Assembly (NCBI RefSeq): GCF_964355755.1 | Contig: NC_092672.1 | Span: 22,395,237 to 22,459,236 of the forward strand | Origin: Antedon mediterranea | Taxonomy: Eukaryota > Animalia > Echinodermata | DNA: 64,000 nt | Direction: 5' to 3' | In this document: positions 39,245-51,853 of the stretch, piece after piece | How positions within the stretch are numbered: position 1 is the first letter of the stretch | How the letters are laid out: every line of letters starts with the position of its first letter | Notes under the pieces: model-generated | What the model was told of the DNA's origin: nothing | Databases searched by the model: none | What the model saw: only the letters and a program-made list of their open reading frames with translations | Program-made: the position numbers and the translations under genes

Positions 39245-40959
39245 TATCTTACATTAATGGCTCATTGGGATGACTAAAGGTTAGTATTAATAGTAATACC
39301 TAAGGGTAGACTCACAGCGTCAGGTTTGTTATCCAACATAAGGTAATCCGTGTCGATAAAAGTCAAGTGTTCAGACACAACGATCGACATTCCAATGCCC
39401 ACATTTAAAACACTCTGATTAGGTCTAAGCAGATAGAACTATGCATACATTGATGACAAACACATGATGGTTTACATTGTAAAGTTATAAATTTTATATT
39501 CATATAATGTTACCTTGAAAATATATTGATTTATACTACTCTTACTACTTACCACTTGCAGAATTGCAATCTTGCTGTACAGGTATGCTGTTGGCCTGCT
39601 AATTGTGGTCGTGTCTTTTCATTTGTTAAAGTTAAAATCACTGGATTATCCTTATTAAATCTACCCTCTCCTGCTAGGGTTATTAACGCCACTGGCGAGG
39701 CGTAACAGCTTCCTAACGCTAATCTGCAGCTTAGTTCACATACAAAAATATGTACACTGCTTACATAACGCCACTGTGAGTCTGAACATACCATGAGACA
39801 CTGAACAGTACTATGTTTAAAAATAAATCAAAGACTCCAGCTGATATTACTCCTCCACATAAAACTCCTAGAAAGTAGGAAGCCTTTTGTCCTCTTCCCT
39901 GACTGACTGAGCAGATATATATGATCTCTCCATTAATAATTTATATTGTAAACCTTATTATGTAAACAGAAATATCAATGAAAATTCTTCTTCACTAACA
40001 ATTTTTTAAAGATATGCTACATTATTAGCAATTTATACCTAAATCCAGCCCTCAGTCTTAACCCTTTCCCAACATGCAATTCGTTTTATGAGGAGATTCA
40101 CTACATTATTAGCAAATTACCCCCTAAATCCACCCTTTTCCAACATGGCTGTTGAAAAGGTGTGTCATCCAATGGAATAGTTTTATTGCCAGTATTGTAT
40201 GTCTGTGGATTTCCATCTGAATTGACATAGCAGCAATCAATCATTTAATTAAGAAACCTTTGATATCAACAAACATATAAGCCAGTTTCGAAGTTACCTA
40301 CTTCTATTCTAGTTGTAGTTAAATTGTTTCTACTGAATAATAATTTAAACGAAGCACAATCGGCCTATAAAATTAGAAGTAAAAAAAAACTAGAGGTGCC
40401 ATTTATTATGAATTTCATGTGCGAGAGCATTTCCGGCCATCTAGAGGTGTCATTTAACAAAATTTGCTTTAAATCCCGCTCCCTTTTCAGATCCTGGCTA
40501 AGGCCCTGGACATTTGGGCAATCCCCTTAAGATAGTCCTGCTACCGCCCCTGTAAATAATTCTAAGCATGTGAAACAAAATACTGATTATTGATTATTTG
40601 AAAGTGGATAATTTAAAAACATAAAATATGTTGGTATCACATGGATGACACACACACAGAGTGATATCACTTTGTTAGTTTTACTGTCTTGTGCTGCTAT
40701 CTGTATCGTGGTATTCTAGCTTTAAAATTAAAAAAAATTAAGATAAAATGAGTTTAATATTTATTATTGAAATGAGTATTTATTATTCAATTACATAATA
40801 AAAAAATAGTTTTGATAGCTGAATTCAATTAGCTTGGTGTTTATGAACATCTATTACTACATTAATACATAACTTGCTTGCTCATCTTGATTGTGCTAAA
40901 TAGTTATGCTAGGGTTTTATTTCTAGATTTTTCGTCCTCTTTTAATACTATACAATCAA

Positions 40960-41205
40960 ATATTTTAATGAAATCAGTAAAATAGCTTATAGAATAATAG
41001 GAACTAAAGAGAACGCTAAAAATATTGTTAACAGTGCCATAAGTAAAAAGTAATTATGTCGGATGAGTATCACCCTTCCTCATCATTACCTTGTCTTTAG
41101 TAAGTCAGGGCGTTTAGTGTACCCAAGATGGAAAACCAATAGGATGAGAAACTCGTTTCTCACTACTGCAATGAGTCAATTCAATGAAACTTGGAAACAT
41201 TGATC
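40960..41205 (+). mobile_element. Rex1/Babar-type LINE 3' remnant
   Basis: EYHPSHHYLVFSKSGRLVYPRWKTNRMRNSFLTTAMSQFN, the same C-terminal motif class as at 2075 and 10182. Confidence 0.65.
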
Positions 41206-42123
41206 ATTTTATGCTATATCTTTACACAAACCAATCTTGCTTGTATTTTGTATTTTAAACGATTTATTTTATCTGTATTTTACCAAATTTTAACATTTTT
41301 TAACTCATTTTTATATTTTTATGTGAATTTTTAACTTTAAACAAACAAAAATAATGTACATATTTTTCTGTATTTGACCATGAATAAATGAATACTAGGC
41401 CGGTAATTTGTTTAGGTTTATACCTAATTAGGCCTACTGTAATAATATTCAATTCAAATTGTTCTATCCTAATTATAGTTTTCAAAGTATTAAATACAAA
41501 ATTACTAAAGAAATATAAAATGGAGACTGCTTTATTTGTTTTTATACATAAGCAATATTATAATAATAATTTATCTGATACTCTAGAATATAAGTTTAAA
41601 GTTGATTATTTTAATAAAATATAATATTTTTGGCATCATATCGATTGCTTTATTCCGTGTTTCCAAGATAATTATATCAGTAACTCGGAATCTCGGAAGG
41701 TCAATTTTAAGTGTCCGTACAATAAAAAGAAGTTTGCTATTCATTTTGTATAACAAACACATGGAATATTTTAAAACACATTTTGTTTCTATTGTTCACT
41801 AATCGTTGTATATACTTTATTGTTTTATAGCATTGCTATGTTTTAATATTGTTGGTGTTCCACTTAGTGCTTTTTAACAATTAGGCTTAAATATAGTTGT
41901 TACTGTGTGCAAAACAATATCAGTTTTTTGTGGCAACAGTGTAAATTATATGCTCTAATTTAAAATATAATCTTTAATGTGTGTTATTATCAATACATAA
42001 TGCTATACATTATGTTTTTTTACGCTATGGTCATAAATTTCCATTTGAAACACTTTATGAAAACAATAGTGTCTTGACCATTTTATTAAATTAATATTTT
42101 TTTAAACAGTATTTAATAGTTAA

Positions 42124-42476
42124 AGGTGTATTGTCCTCAAAATCATAAAAAATAAAGATTAATTAAATCAGATTTTGAATGTTATTTTGTAGGGTTTTAT
42201 TAATAAAGTTAATTAATGTAATAACTTCCGTAGAAAAAAAACGAAAAATAATAATGTTTTCACTTATAAAATGACAATAAATGGTTAAATTTAACCAAAA
42301 AACCTTGGGTTGGCAGCCAATTTGAACATTTTTTCATTAAAATATTTAATTTGAATTTTTTTCAGGTAAATACATTTTTTTTTTGGTCAAAATGGATAAC
42401 TATTATGTTACATAAAAATGGCACATTCAACAAAAATGTTATGAATAAATTTTTTTTATAGGGAGACATTACATCT
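42124..42476. mobile_element. TTAA-site MITE (Kolobok/piggyBac-like)
   Basis: TTAA|AGGTGTATTGTCC ... GACATTACATCT|TTGA. Same family as 58647-58945 and the end at ~7035-7051. Confidence 0.6.
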
Positions 42477-43205
42477 TTGACAAAAACACTTAAAATTTCA
42501 CAAACCTTCAATTGTTCTTACAAATGATTTTGTATTTTAAAAGTGCAATTTTCACAAATTATTTTTTAGACAAGTCACTTAAAAAATGCCCTATGATCCC
42601 TGTGTATTATAATGATTAAAGATGCTAGTTGTACTGAATATTTTAGTATGTTTTATTCAACATTTTTAGTAATGCATTTTGCCATACTCTCTTTTATTGT
42701 CAACACACTACCAACTCCGTCCACCACCTCCTCCTCATTAAATAGAAGAAGAAGAAGAGCAATGATATTAAAGGATGTAATATAGACCCATATTAGACCC
42801 ATTTTTAGTTTGTAATTATTTTTTCCATAATACATTACAAGAGCCTATACATTTTATATTACACAGTGCCCTCACTCATCATTTATTTTACTTACTGTTT
42901 ATATTGTTAGCACTTTCAGTACCAGTGTACTGTTCAATAAAAACCCAAAAATCTGTACAAAATTTAATTTCATTTTGTTTAAAGCTTTTTTACAAAACAC
43001 CTTTTAATTGAAATAGCATTTAAAATAAAAGAAAAACAATTACCAGCATTAAACTAGATGATGATTTCATTTCATTATTCGGTCTATTTCAGTATATACA
43101 TTAAAAAAAATTAAATTGGGGAGATGGTCAACCTAAGTGAACTTACATCACTGAGCTATACGGTAATATTTTTTGTCTTAGTCTAATTTGGCTTATATTC
43201 ATTCA

Positions 43206-43319
43206 TTTTTAGTCGCGTGCAAACGAGACTCTATAGCGCACTATGTTGGCTGGTAGGTCGGTCGGTAAACACTAACTCAAATTTGTGCATGTGACTGCAG
43301 CCATGTATATGGCCTTGTT
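43206..43319 (-). mobile_element. Short HINE-family copy
   Basis: TTTTTAGTCGCGTG..GACTCTATAG..GTCGGTCGG..GGCCTTGTT is the reverse complement of both ends of the 24645 element. Confidence 0.6.
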
Positions 43320-43422
43320 AATCATCTATTTAAATAATAATAAATACAACATAGTACAAAACTGACTCCAAATAACAAGAGGCAAGCCATGATTCAACGT
43401 TTTAAATCTACCCACTGTACAG

Positions 43423-43957
43423 TGTTTCATATTTTAGAACACGAATACCGGCTGCCCGCTATCCAGACAGATAACCACACCGGTTACAATACAACACGAA
43501 CACAGCACTTTGGATCCGTACAATTTAATATGTAAAGCGGTTATATGGTAACTGAAACAATAACAATAACAAATAAATAATAGAGCACGGGCACACAATA
43601 CGCAAATCCCGGCTATGTGAAGTGTTACCTACAAACAGTACCACACCAGCCAATGCCGGCGAGAAAGCTATCATAAATAATAGGCCTATATGTACTAAGA
43701 TAACAACGTACAGTAGTAATCTATCAAGATCAATTTTAGGTTAAGTTAAGTCGGTATATCGTAATACATTATTATAAACTTAGCTACTTACAACAACTGT
43801 AAATGCACCAGCATCGCACGATACAATCCCTTGCATGATATGACGAATGTATAGTAATTCGTCCACTAGAAATACGTATACCTAACGAGTCATTCGTGTG
43901 CTAGATACTATTCAAATGAGCCACGCTATACGGCGGCAGGTGCGCTAAGCCGGCACA
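43423..43957 (-). repeat. 3' LTR of BEL/Pao element
   Basis: Matches 54030-54485 and starts TGTGCCGGC on the - strand right after PPT ACGGGGAG. The outer ~17 bp are diverged. Confidence 0.9.
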
Positions 43958-44079
43958 CTCCCCGTTTGGTATACAAAGTATACCACTACTTTAAAAAATT
44001 ACATGAAAATATATTAATTATTGAACTAAAATTCTGCTTCTTAAAGGAATGAACATGATATTTTACACCGTACAATCCT

Positions 44080-46020
44080 TCACTCCATATCTTCTACCGG
44101 AATCAGCAACACCAGTTCATGGCTTGGTCTAGAAAGCAGCTTGGTTGAACCATCTCGGCTCACTTTTAATTCCACCTTCCGCACCAATTTGTCACTACTT
44201 TCAAGAGTGCTTGTGACTCTTGCCATTGGCCAATTATTTTGATGAATTGCCCTTTCCTTCATTAGGACGAGGTCGCCCTCCTTCAGACATCGTCTTACAC
44301 GATGCCATTTCCTTCTACCGTGTAGAAGGGGAAGATATTCTTTCTTCCACCTGGACCAAAACGTATCGGCCAGGTATTGCACCCTCCGCCATTGCCTTCC
44401 AACTAAGTCGTTCTTGGTAAAACCGATACCAAGAGGGGCCCTCACGTGATTAGACTTTTGAGTCAAAATCATATTTGGTGTTAGCACATCAGGAGATTGT
44501 GGATCACTTGGTCTCGGCGTAAGCGGTCTTGAGTTCACAATCGCCGTAACTTCTGCCATAAGTGTCGTCAGAACCTCATGTAACAGCTGGATAGGTCCTA
44601 AGTCGGCAAACATATAATCTAGGATGCGTCTGCATATGCCAATCATCCTTTCTAATGTTCCGCCCATATGGGAGGAATGGGGAGGATTAAACAACCACTC
44701 ACAGTTATTCTCTAAAAGGTATTTCTTGACTCCACCATCGGTGCTAAGTATACCAATCTCGTTACACGCTCCCATGAAGTTTGTGCCACAGTCTGATTGA
44801 ATCTGACCTACTGGTCCACGAATGGCAAGGAATCTCCGCAAGGCGTTGATGAAGCTTGACGTGTCCATAGACTCTGTAATCTCAATATGAATGGCGCGGC
44901 AAGACATACACGTAAACAGTACCGCCCAACGTTTTGCTCTCGCCATACCTCCTCTCGTTTTACGTGATGACACTATCCATGGTCCAAATACATCTAGGCC
45001 AACGTACGTAAAAGGGGGGGCCATGGACAAGCGCTCAGCTGGCAAGTCCGCCATCTTTTTACCCAGTTCCTTGCCTCTTCTCTTCCGGCACTTGATACAC
45101 TTGCTAATTATACTGTCGACCCTTCGTTTCTCCGCCACAATCCAGTATCCAGCACTTCTAATATCTCCTCGCGTGAAATGCTTTCCCTGATGTTGGACTT
45201 GTGCATGGTAATATTGAATGATTAAGTCGGAGACGTGATGTGACCCTCGTACAATTATCGGGTGTGTGTCCAGCTCTCCCATCCCAGCGTTCTTAAGACG
45301 ACCGCCAACTCGGAGAAGTCCATTTCCGTCTATGAAAGGGTCCAACTTGATGAGTGCACTTGACTTAGGCAGCGGATTACCACTCTCCAGAAACTCCAGC
45401 TCATCTGCAAAGACAGCGCGTTTGGTGGCGCCTATAACAATTCGGCTTGAGTCATCCAGTGTCGTAGATGATGCACATATGTCCCAACCTTTGCACCCAT
45501 CTGGTTTGGTATGTCTGTGGGAAAATGAACGTGTTATATGAACCAAGTTAGAAACTGCTCGTAAAATTCTGAACCAACCAGAGAACCTTTGAAATCGCTC
45601 CGATCCAATCGTGGTGACTTTAGGTTTGGCCACCGTAGCGTACGTGTGAACCACTGGCCGAACTTCGGGATCTTCTTCTTGGACTGGATATTCGTCGGCT
45701 GAATTCAAGTGAAGATACTGGTTACGGAGAAACGCAGGACCAACCATCCATTCCGACAACGTCGGATCTGAGGCAGAAATGCCTCTCGAAGCAAGATCGG
45801 CTGGATTTTTCCCGGATTCGATGTATCGCCATTGGGCTGGTTGTGTGATTCTGATAATACGTTGTACTCTGTTGCTAACATATACATAAAATCGTCTTGT
45901 TTGATTTGAAATATATCCAAGTACCACACGGCTGTCCGAGTAAAAAACCATGCTGTCCAGTTTCAGGTCTAGTTCGTCTGCAATGAGCTCTGCTATGCCA
46001 GCGCCTAACACTCGGCACAC
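44080..46020 (-). CDS. BEL/Pao pol C-terminal part (RNase H end + integrase + DUF5641-like tail), open frame of a broken polyprotein
   Basis: 646-aa ORF with NPADLASRG, RVGGRL, HHCC, DDE integrase motifs and FWSRWKKEYL. Confidence 0.9.
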   Translation of the reverse strand: MCRVLGAGIAELIADELDLKLDSMVFYSDSRVVLGYISNQTRRFYVYVSNRVQRIIRITQPAQWRYIESGKNPADLASRGISASDPTLSEWMVGPAFLRNQYLHLNSADEYPVQEEDPEVRPVVHTYATVAKPKVTTIGSERFQRFSGWFRILRAVSNLVHITRSFSHRHTKPDGCKGWDICASSTTLDDSSRIVIGATKRAVFADELEFLESGNPLPKSSALIKLDPFIDGNGLLRVGGRLKNAGMGELDTHPIIVRGSHHVSDLIIQYYHAQVQHQGKHFTRGDIRSAGYWIVAEKRRVDSIISKCIKCRKRRGKELGKKMADLPAERLSMAPPFTYVGLDVFGPWIVSSRKTRGGMARAKRWAVLFTCMSCRAIHIEITESMDTSSFINALRRFLAIRGPVGQIQSDCGTNFMGACNEIGILSTDGGVKKYLLENNCEWLFNPPHSSHMGGTLERMIGICRRILDYMFADLGPIQLLHEVLTTLMAEVTAIVNSRPLTPRPSDPQSPDVLTPNMILTQKSNHVRAPLGIGFTKNDLVGRQWRRVQYLADTFWSRWKKEYLPLLHGRRKWHRVRRCLKEGDLVLMKERAIHQNNWPMARVTSTLESSDKLVRKVELKVSRDGSTKLLSRPSHELVLLIPVEDME

Positions 46021-46351
46021 AGTTCGAGCCTCGGCACCGTTGTTGCTTGTTTGGGTGCTAACTTCGCCTTCCCGAGAACAAAGCTTACGTAGACGTTTCC
46101 ACTTTTGTCGGAAACCCGGAGATAGCTGACAGCACCGATAGCTTGGGTGGAAGCATCAACGAACGTGTGTAGTTCCCGCCTGGTCGCTTCAGTAGTAGGA
46201 ACAGGTGTATATGCACGAGGGATGCGCACCTCCGACAGGGTAGGTAACAAAAGCCGCCAGTTGCGCCATGTAGATAGTGTTTGCTGTGGTAAGAGATCAT
46301 CCCAATCAAGTGAACTATCTCTTGTCATCTCACGCAACAGCCGCTTACCCT

Positions 46352-46405
46352 TGAGCACTCTGGAGTGGTATGTGCGCTATAAACATCTTATTATTATTAT
46401 TATTA
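46352..46405 (+). mobile_element. 54-bp retroposed LINE/SINE 3' tip
   Basis: GTGCGCTATAAA plus a (TTA)n tail, flanked by TSD TTACCCT (46345-46351 and 46406-46412). It frameshifts BEL pol at PVLIEG|KRLLRE. Confidence 0.85.
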
Positions 46406-47528
46406 TTACCCTCAATTAAAACTGGTGCGGCAATGCCAAAAGGGTCGTAGATGCTGTTGATTTCGGCTAATGCTCCTCGTTTGGTGAAGGGTCGCTCGAC
46501 TGGACTAATCTTGAAGGTGAAGTCATCACGCTTAATGTCCCAATACACTCCCAGTGACCTTTGAATGGGAGGTTCCTGTGATGTAAAGTCGAGATCCCGT
46601 AGATCTCCAGCGTGGTCTTCGCCTGGAAACGCATTCATCACCTCGAGGTTATTACATGCAATTTTGTGGAGTCTCAACTGACCGGTTAACAACATCGACT
46701 GTGTACGTTTCAACACATCAATGGAATCAGTTGGAGTTGGGAGGGACTTCAGGTTCCACAAACTTTCTGGCATCTTCGCCAAACCTTTTTGACGCAAATT
46801 GAGCAGTTTTGCGCAATCCGAATGTGGCAACAGCAGGCGACGGTGCGTTTCCAAATATATGAACCTTCATTCTGTAATCCACAATATCACTTTCCGGGTC
46901 GTTATTCCTAAACCACAGGAATCTCAAGTAATCACGATGCTGTTCCTTCACATGGAAAGAATGAAACATTTGCTCTATATCTGCCATAAAGGCAACTGTA
47001 TCTTCTCGAAACCTAATTAGAACGCCGATTAGGCTGTTGACGAGGTCGGGTCCGGTTATTAGCACACTGTTTAGCGAAACACCCAGATATTCAGTACTTG
47101 AGTCGAACACGACGCGGATCTTGTCCGGCTTTTTCGGGTGGTACACTCCGAAATGTGGGAGGTACCATCGTTCTTTGGGTAAGCAACCTGTAGTAACTTG
47201 CTCCGCATGACCCTTTACCAACATAATAGTCATAAACTGAAGATATTGCTGTTTCATCTTAGGCTTTCGTGAAAAGGACTTCAGCAAGGTACGAAACCAC
47301 TTCATCGCTTCGTGTCGGTTGTCGGGTAACGTAGGCCTTGACGAACGAAAACCAATCGAGAAGCGATGCGAGTAAGACGTGTCGAATAATCGCTCCTGGA
47401 AATCAAACATTTCACGTGTCACACCAGCTGAATGCATTGTTACACATAGTCGCAACCTACGTTTACTATTGTTCATTTACCTCAAGGAATTTTGTTTACT
47501 CGATTTCAGTGTTTTATTTGCCCGCAAC

Positions 47529-48353
47529 ATGGGCGGTGGTAAGCCAAAAGGAGGACAGAGGGACGATTCGCCTGCAGCCAGGCCACGTCGTAACCAAAAA
47601 GAGGCTGAAGGAAAAGGCATCCCTTGCCTTAATGATAAATTAGATAAGTCCAATTGCGACATAGACTCTAAGGAAATCGCTGGCATTATCCAATCTGAAT
47701 TGAAACTCTTATTTGATGGCAAATCGGACATATTGGATAACTTAGCGAAACAAATAACATCGATGATCAAGGACCAACTGGCTGAGCATATTATGCAAAT
47801 TGTTAGTAAAGCCACTATGGATGCTCTAAGATTTGAACTTGACGAGTCGAATGATCGCATGAAGAAAATGGAACAGGAAATCGAGGACATTAGGGAATCA
47901 CTGGATGAAAGTGAACAATACTCCAGGAGGAACTGTTTGGTGATACACGGACTGGAGGAGAAAGTAGGTGAGAATACCGATAATATTGTTACACAATTAT
48001 TTAGTTCTAAGATGAACCTTACGGTGAATCATAATGACATTGATAGGAGTCACAGACTAGGCCCCAAGAAACCAAGTAACGGCAAGCCCCGGGGAGTTAT
48101 TGTGAAGTTCGCTCAATACAATAAAAGAAATGAAGTTTATAAAGCAAAAAGAAAACTGAAAGGTACCGATACCTTTATACACGAGAACCTAACAATGAAA
48201 AGGATGAAATTGTTAAGAACCATCAAAACCCAGCATAATTCCGCCTTGACCGCAGTCTGGACCCAAGATGGACGCATACATGTACTAACTAAGAATAATA
48301 AGAAGATTATCGTAACAAAATTTTCCGATCTCAACAAACTGCATTCCACCTAA
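47529..48353 (+). CDS. LINE ORF1 (coiled coil + L1-type RRM + CTD)
   Basis: First ATG inside the element at 47529. Motifs EQYSRRNCLVIHGLEE, IDRSHRLG, PRGVIVKF, FIHENLT and WTQDGRI. Uninterrupted. Confidence 0.92.
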   Translation: MGGGKPKGGQRDDSPAARPRRNQKEAEGKGIPCLNDKLDKSNCDIDSKEIAGIIQSELKLLFDGKSDILDNLAKQITSMIKDQLAEHIMQIVSKATMDALRFELDESNDRMKKMEQEIEDIRESLDESEQYSRRNCLVIHGLEEKVGENTDNIVTQLFSSKMNLTVNHNDIDRSHRLGPKKPSNGKPRGVIVKFAQYNKRNEVYKAKRKLKGTDTFIHENLTMKRMKLLRTIKTQHNSALTAVWTQDGRIHVLTKNNKKIIVTKFSDLNKLHST

Positions 48354-48620
48354 TTTACCGTGTGGTAGTACATTAAATGTGAAATTGTGAGATTTCTTGT
48401 TTTTGCCCTGAAACCAGAATTTTAACTATTGTATACATTATAGACTGCATTAACTGTTTGGTGTGTGTGCTTTATTGTGATTCTTTTTATTGTAAATTGT
48501 GGTTTTTTTTATTATTGTATTGCTAACCTGCCGGGTTTTAGTCATTTATTTGAACGCCATTTTGCTTAACAGCTTAATTGGTGAATTGATTATATTTTGT
48601 TCTTTTTCCAATACTACTTT

Positions 48621-51614
48621 ATGAGCACGACTCAATATGAAAATAAATCGAGTCCTACACATTCCATAGATTGCTTTGAAAGTGACGAGGCTGGTTTATG
48701 CAAATATTTCACTCCAACACAACTTAATGAGCTACAGGCGCAAATTGATAACAATGGTATCTTTACAACGTTACACATGAATGCACGTAGTCTTCCAAAA
48801 CACTTCGACGAAATTAGCATTATGTTAGATACCATAGGTCGTGCGTTTGATGTACTTGGTTTCTCGGAAACCTGGATAAATAAGAACACGCCAATTGACT
48901 TATTAAATATCAATGGATACAATATGTACACTTGTAATAGAGAAGGTAGAGTCGGTGGTGGAGTTTGTCTATATTTAAAAGAACAAATCAACACCGTAAC
49001 ACGTGATGATTTTGTATTTAATGATAACTCCATTGATTCACTTTTTCTAGAAATAATAAACACAAACGGCAAAAATACTATTGTAGGTATGTTGTATCGA
49101 CCACCAAATTCAAACGTCAACTCATTTAACTCTGATCTGGAAGAAATCTTACATAAACTTAATCGCGAAAACAAAAACTGCTATATCTTAGGAGATTTTA
49201 ATCAAGACTTATTAAAATATGACATTCAAAAAACAACACAGGAATTCACAAACATTATTTACTCAACATCTTTTAATCCATTAATCAACTTACCCACGAG
49301 AATAACATCGTCTTCTGCTACAATTTTAGATAATATTATTACAAATGATGATAACATTTCGCATTGTGGAGTAATAGTCACTGACATTACCGATCATCTA
49401 CCCATTTTCATGACAACACACTTGTCATTAAATACTAACACACAAGCTCCAATTACAAAACAAAAAATAATTAATGATACAACATTAAATAACTTGCTTA
49501 TTGCTATTTCTAATGAGGATTGGGGTGAACTATATTTATGCACAGATACCAATACATCATATAACCTATTTATTAAAAAACTATCCAATCTCATAGATAA
49601 TAACATACCTACAAAAAGTAATAAGCCAAATGGTAATACAAAGAAAAAACCATGGATCACAACAGGAATTTTGATTTCAATAAAAAAGAAAAATAAACTT
49701 TATAAAAAATACCTTAAAAACCCAACACAATTATTAAAAAATATATATAAAAAGTACAAAAATAAATTAACTCATTTAATTAGAATTCGGAAAAAACAAT
49801 ATTATTCCAAAAAACTGGATGCAGCTCGACACGATTCAAAGCAAACATGGAAAGTTTTAAATGAAGTTCTAAATAGAAAAAAATCGAGTGTTAAGCCAAA
49901 TGAGGTAATTAACCATAGTAATAAAACTTTGGTATGTGATCCAAAAGGTATGTCTGACGCTTTTAATGACTTCTTCTCCAACATTGGAAATGAATTAGCA
50001 AACAAAATACCAAATGTAAACAATTCTGACTTTAAACAATATATGAAAGAGAGTCAATCCCAATCCATATTTTTCAATCCTACGAATGAAGAAGAGGTCA
50101 TTGAAATAGTTAGTCAAATCAAAAATTCAAATTCAGAAGGTGTTGATAACTTAAGTAATCGCATTCTAAAACATATTATTGCTGCTGTGGCATCTCCTCT
50201 TGTACATATCTTTAACCTCTCTCTTGAGACAGGCATGGTCCCTGATAGTATGAAAGTAGCTAGAGTAGTTCCAATTTTTAAATCTGGCAATAAAAGTGAC
50301 GTCAGTAATTATAGGCCGATCTCTATTCTGCCTACCGCTTCAAAAATTCTTGAAAAAATTGTTCAAATTAGAGTAAATAATTATATCACAAAGTTTAACA
50401 TCCTTAATAATGCACAATATGGTTTCAGAAAAAACAGTTCTACTTTTATGGCCGTTATAGATCTGGTTGAACGAATAACCGATGCGCTTGATAAGAAAAA
50501 AAATACCATCGGAATATTTATTGATTTGTCAAAAGCGTTTGACACCATCAACCATGATATACTTCTTAAAAAATTGGAACACTATGGCATAAGAGGCACG
50601 GCCCTTAAATGGTTTAGAAACTATATTAGTGGAAGGAAACAATTTACGTCTATTGATAACACAAGTTCGTGTTTGATGGATATAAATTGCGGTGTACCAC
50701 AGGGTTCAATTCTGGGGCCTCTACTTTTTATTTTGTACATTAACGATGTATTTAATTGCTCAAACTCGTTATCTTTTGTTTTATTTGCTGACGACACAAA
50801 CATATCTGCATCTCACGAAAACTTGGATACGCTCATAGAACTAGTTAATGGTGAACTAAAAAATGTTTCGGATTGGTTCATGTGCAATAAACTATCAATC
50901 AACGTTAAAAAAACTAATTACATAATTTTCCGCAATCAGCGAAATCCAAGTAATTTAGAGAATGTAAATATTTATGTCAACAATAAAAGAATAGATAGAG
51001 TTAAATCGACTAAATTCCTTGGAGTACATATTGATGAATTTCTCACATATAAGAACCACATCAATGTTACAGCTAGGAAAATATCTCGATATGTAGGCAT
51101 ACTATATAAAGTAAGACATTTTTTACCAACCTATGCTCTCTGGACAATATACAAATCACTCATTGAACCAGTATTAAATTATTGCAACATAATATGGTGT
51201 AGCACATTTCCAAGTTATTTAGATGAGTTATTTAAACTCCAGAAAAGGGCATTACGAGCTATAACATGGTCAAAGTTTAATGATTCAATGACTGAATGTT
51301 TCTATAAATTTAAACTTCTTAAAATTGCGGATATCAATAAGTACCAAATTGGGCTTTTCATGTATAATGTTACTACTAATCAGGACGTGCGTTTTTCATC
51401 GCTCTTTATTAAAAATGGTTCTTACCATAATTATAATACAAGATCTAAAGACAAAATGAGACTCAGAAAACGTAATCGTACTTCTACTAGTTTTACTGTG
51501 TCATGTGTGGGACCCAAATTGTGGAATGACTTGAATTACGAACTACAAAGTACCAAATCAATATATATATTTAAATCATTGTTTAAAGAACATTTATTAT
51601 CATTTTACAAATAA
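48621..51614 (+). CDS. LINE ORF2 (APE endonuclease + reverse transcriptase), intact
   Basis: Motifs HMNARSL, SETW, YRPP, GDFN, TDH, YRPISILP, QYGFR, IDLSKAFDT, GVPQGSILGP and FADD. No stops over ~1000 codons. Confidence 0.96.
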   Translation: MSTTQYENKSSPTHSIDCFESDEAGLCKYFTPTQLNELQAQIDNNGIFTTLHMNARSLPKHFDEISIMLDTIGRAFDVLGFSETWINKNTPIDLLNINGYNMYTCNREGRVGGGVCLYLKEQINTVTRDDFVFNDNSIDSLFLEIINTNGKNTIVGMLYRPPNSNVNSFNSDLEEILHKLNRENKNCYILGDFNQDLLKYDIQKTTQEFTNIIYSTSFNPLINLPTRITSSSATILDNIITNDDNISHCGVIVTDITDHLPIFMTTHLSLNTNTQAPITKQKIINDTTLNNLLIAISNEDWGELYLCTDTNTSYNLFIKKLSNLIDNNIPTKSNKPNGNTKKKPWITTGILISIKKKNKLYKKYLKNPTQLLKNIYKKYKNKLTHLIRIRKKQYYSKKLDAARHDSKQTWKVLNEVLNRKKSSVKPNEVINHSNKTLVCDPKGMSDAFNDFFSNIGNELANKIPNVNNSDFKQYMKESQSQSIFFNPTNEEEVIEIVSQIKNSNSEGVDNLSNRILKHIIAAVASPLVHIFNLSLETGMVPDSMKVARVVPIFKSGNKSDVSNYRPISILPTASKILEKIVQIRVNNYITKFNILNNAQYGFRKNSSTFMAVIDLVERITDALDKKKNTIGIFIDLSKAFDTINHDILLKKLEHYGIRGTALKWFRNYISGRKQFTSIDNTSSCLMDINCGVPQGSILGPLLFILYINDVFNCSNSLSFVLFADDTNISASHENLDTLIELVNGELKNVSDWFMCNKLSINVKKTNYIIFRNQRNPSNLENVNIYVNNKRIDRVKSTKFLGVHIDEFLTYKNHINVTARKISRYVGILYKVRHFLPTYALWTIYKSLIEPVLNYCNIIWCSTFPSYLDELFKLQKRALRAITWSKFNDSMTECFYKFKLLKIADINKYQIGLFMYNVTTNQDVRFSSLFIKNGSYHNYNTRSKDKMRLRKRNRTSTSFTVSCVGPKLWNDLNYELQSTKSIYIFKSLFKEHLLSFYK

Positions 51615-51642
51615 TTTTAAAAATTATACTTGTTGCAGGATT

Positions 51643-51689
<47 letters not shown>

Positions 51690-51853
51690 TATTATTTATG
51701 TTTTAGTTTTTTAGGCTAGTTAGGGACATAGGGGGACACAACTAATCAAGCTCTTTTGAGTTTTTATGTGTTTCCTTTTCATCTTTTTTATGTTCTCATA
51801 TATTGTTGTTGTATATTTTCATGATAGAGGATGAATAAAGAATATTTGAATTT

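Larger units (their letters stand above)
47348..51853 (+). mobile_element. Full-length CR1-group (L2/Crack-like) LINE nested in BEL pol
   Basis: 5' UTR, ORF1, ORF2, 3' UTR with AATAAA and a (TTTGAA)2 tail. TSD GAACG (47343-47347 and 51854-51858). Removing the insert restores BEL WVAPLPFRSSRPTLPDNR in frame. Confidence 0.95.

Noticed and set aside
46727-47476. Stand-alone 249-aa minus-strand gene
   Set aside because: It is a chimera of antisense LINE 5' UTR and the BEL RT fragment across the insertion junction.
47379-47528. N-terminal extension of LINE ORF1 in the ORF track
   Set aside because: It uses a non-ATG start in the 5' UTR. The first ATG is at 47529.
47348-51853. Prokaryotic retron, DGR or group II intron RT system
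   Set aside because: APE-RT with an L1-type ORF1, microsatellite tail and TSD identifies a eukaryotic non-LTR retrotransposon. No template/variable repeat pair was seen.
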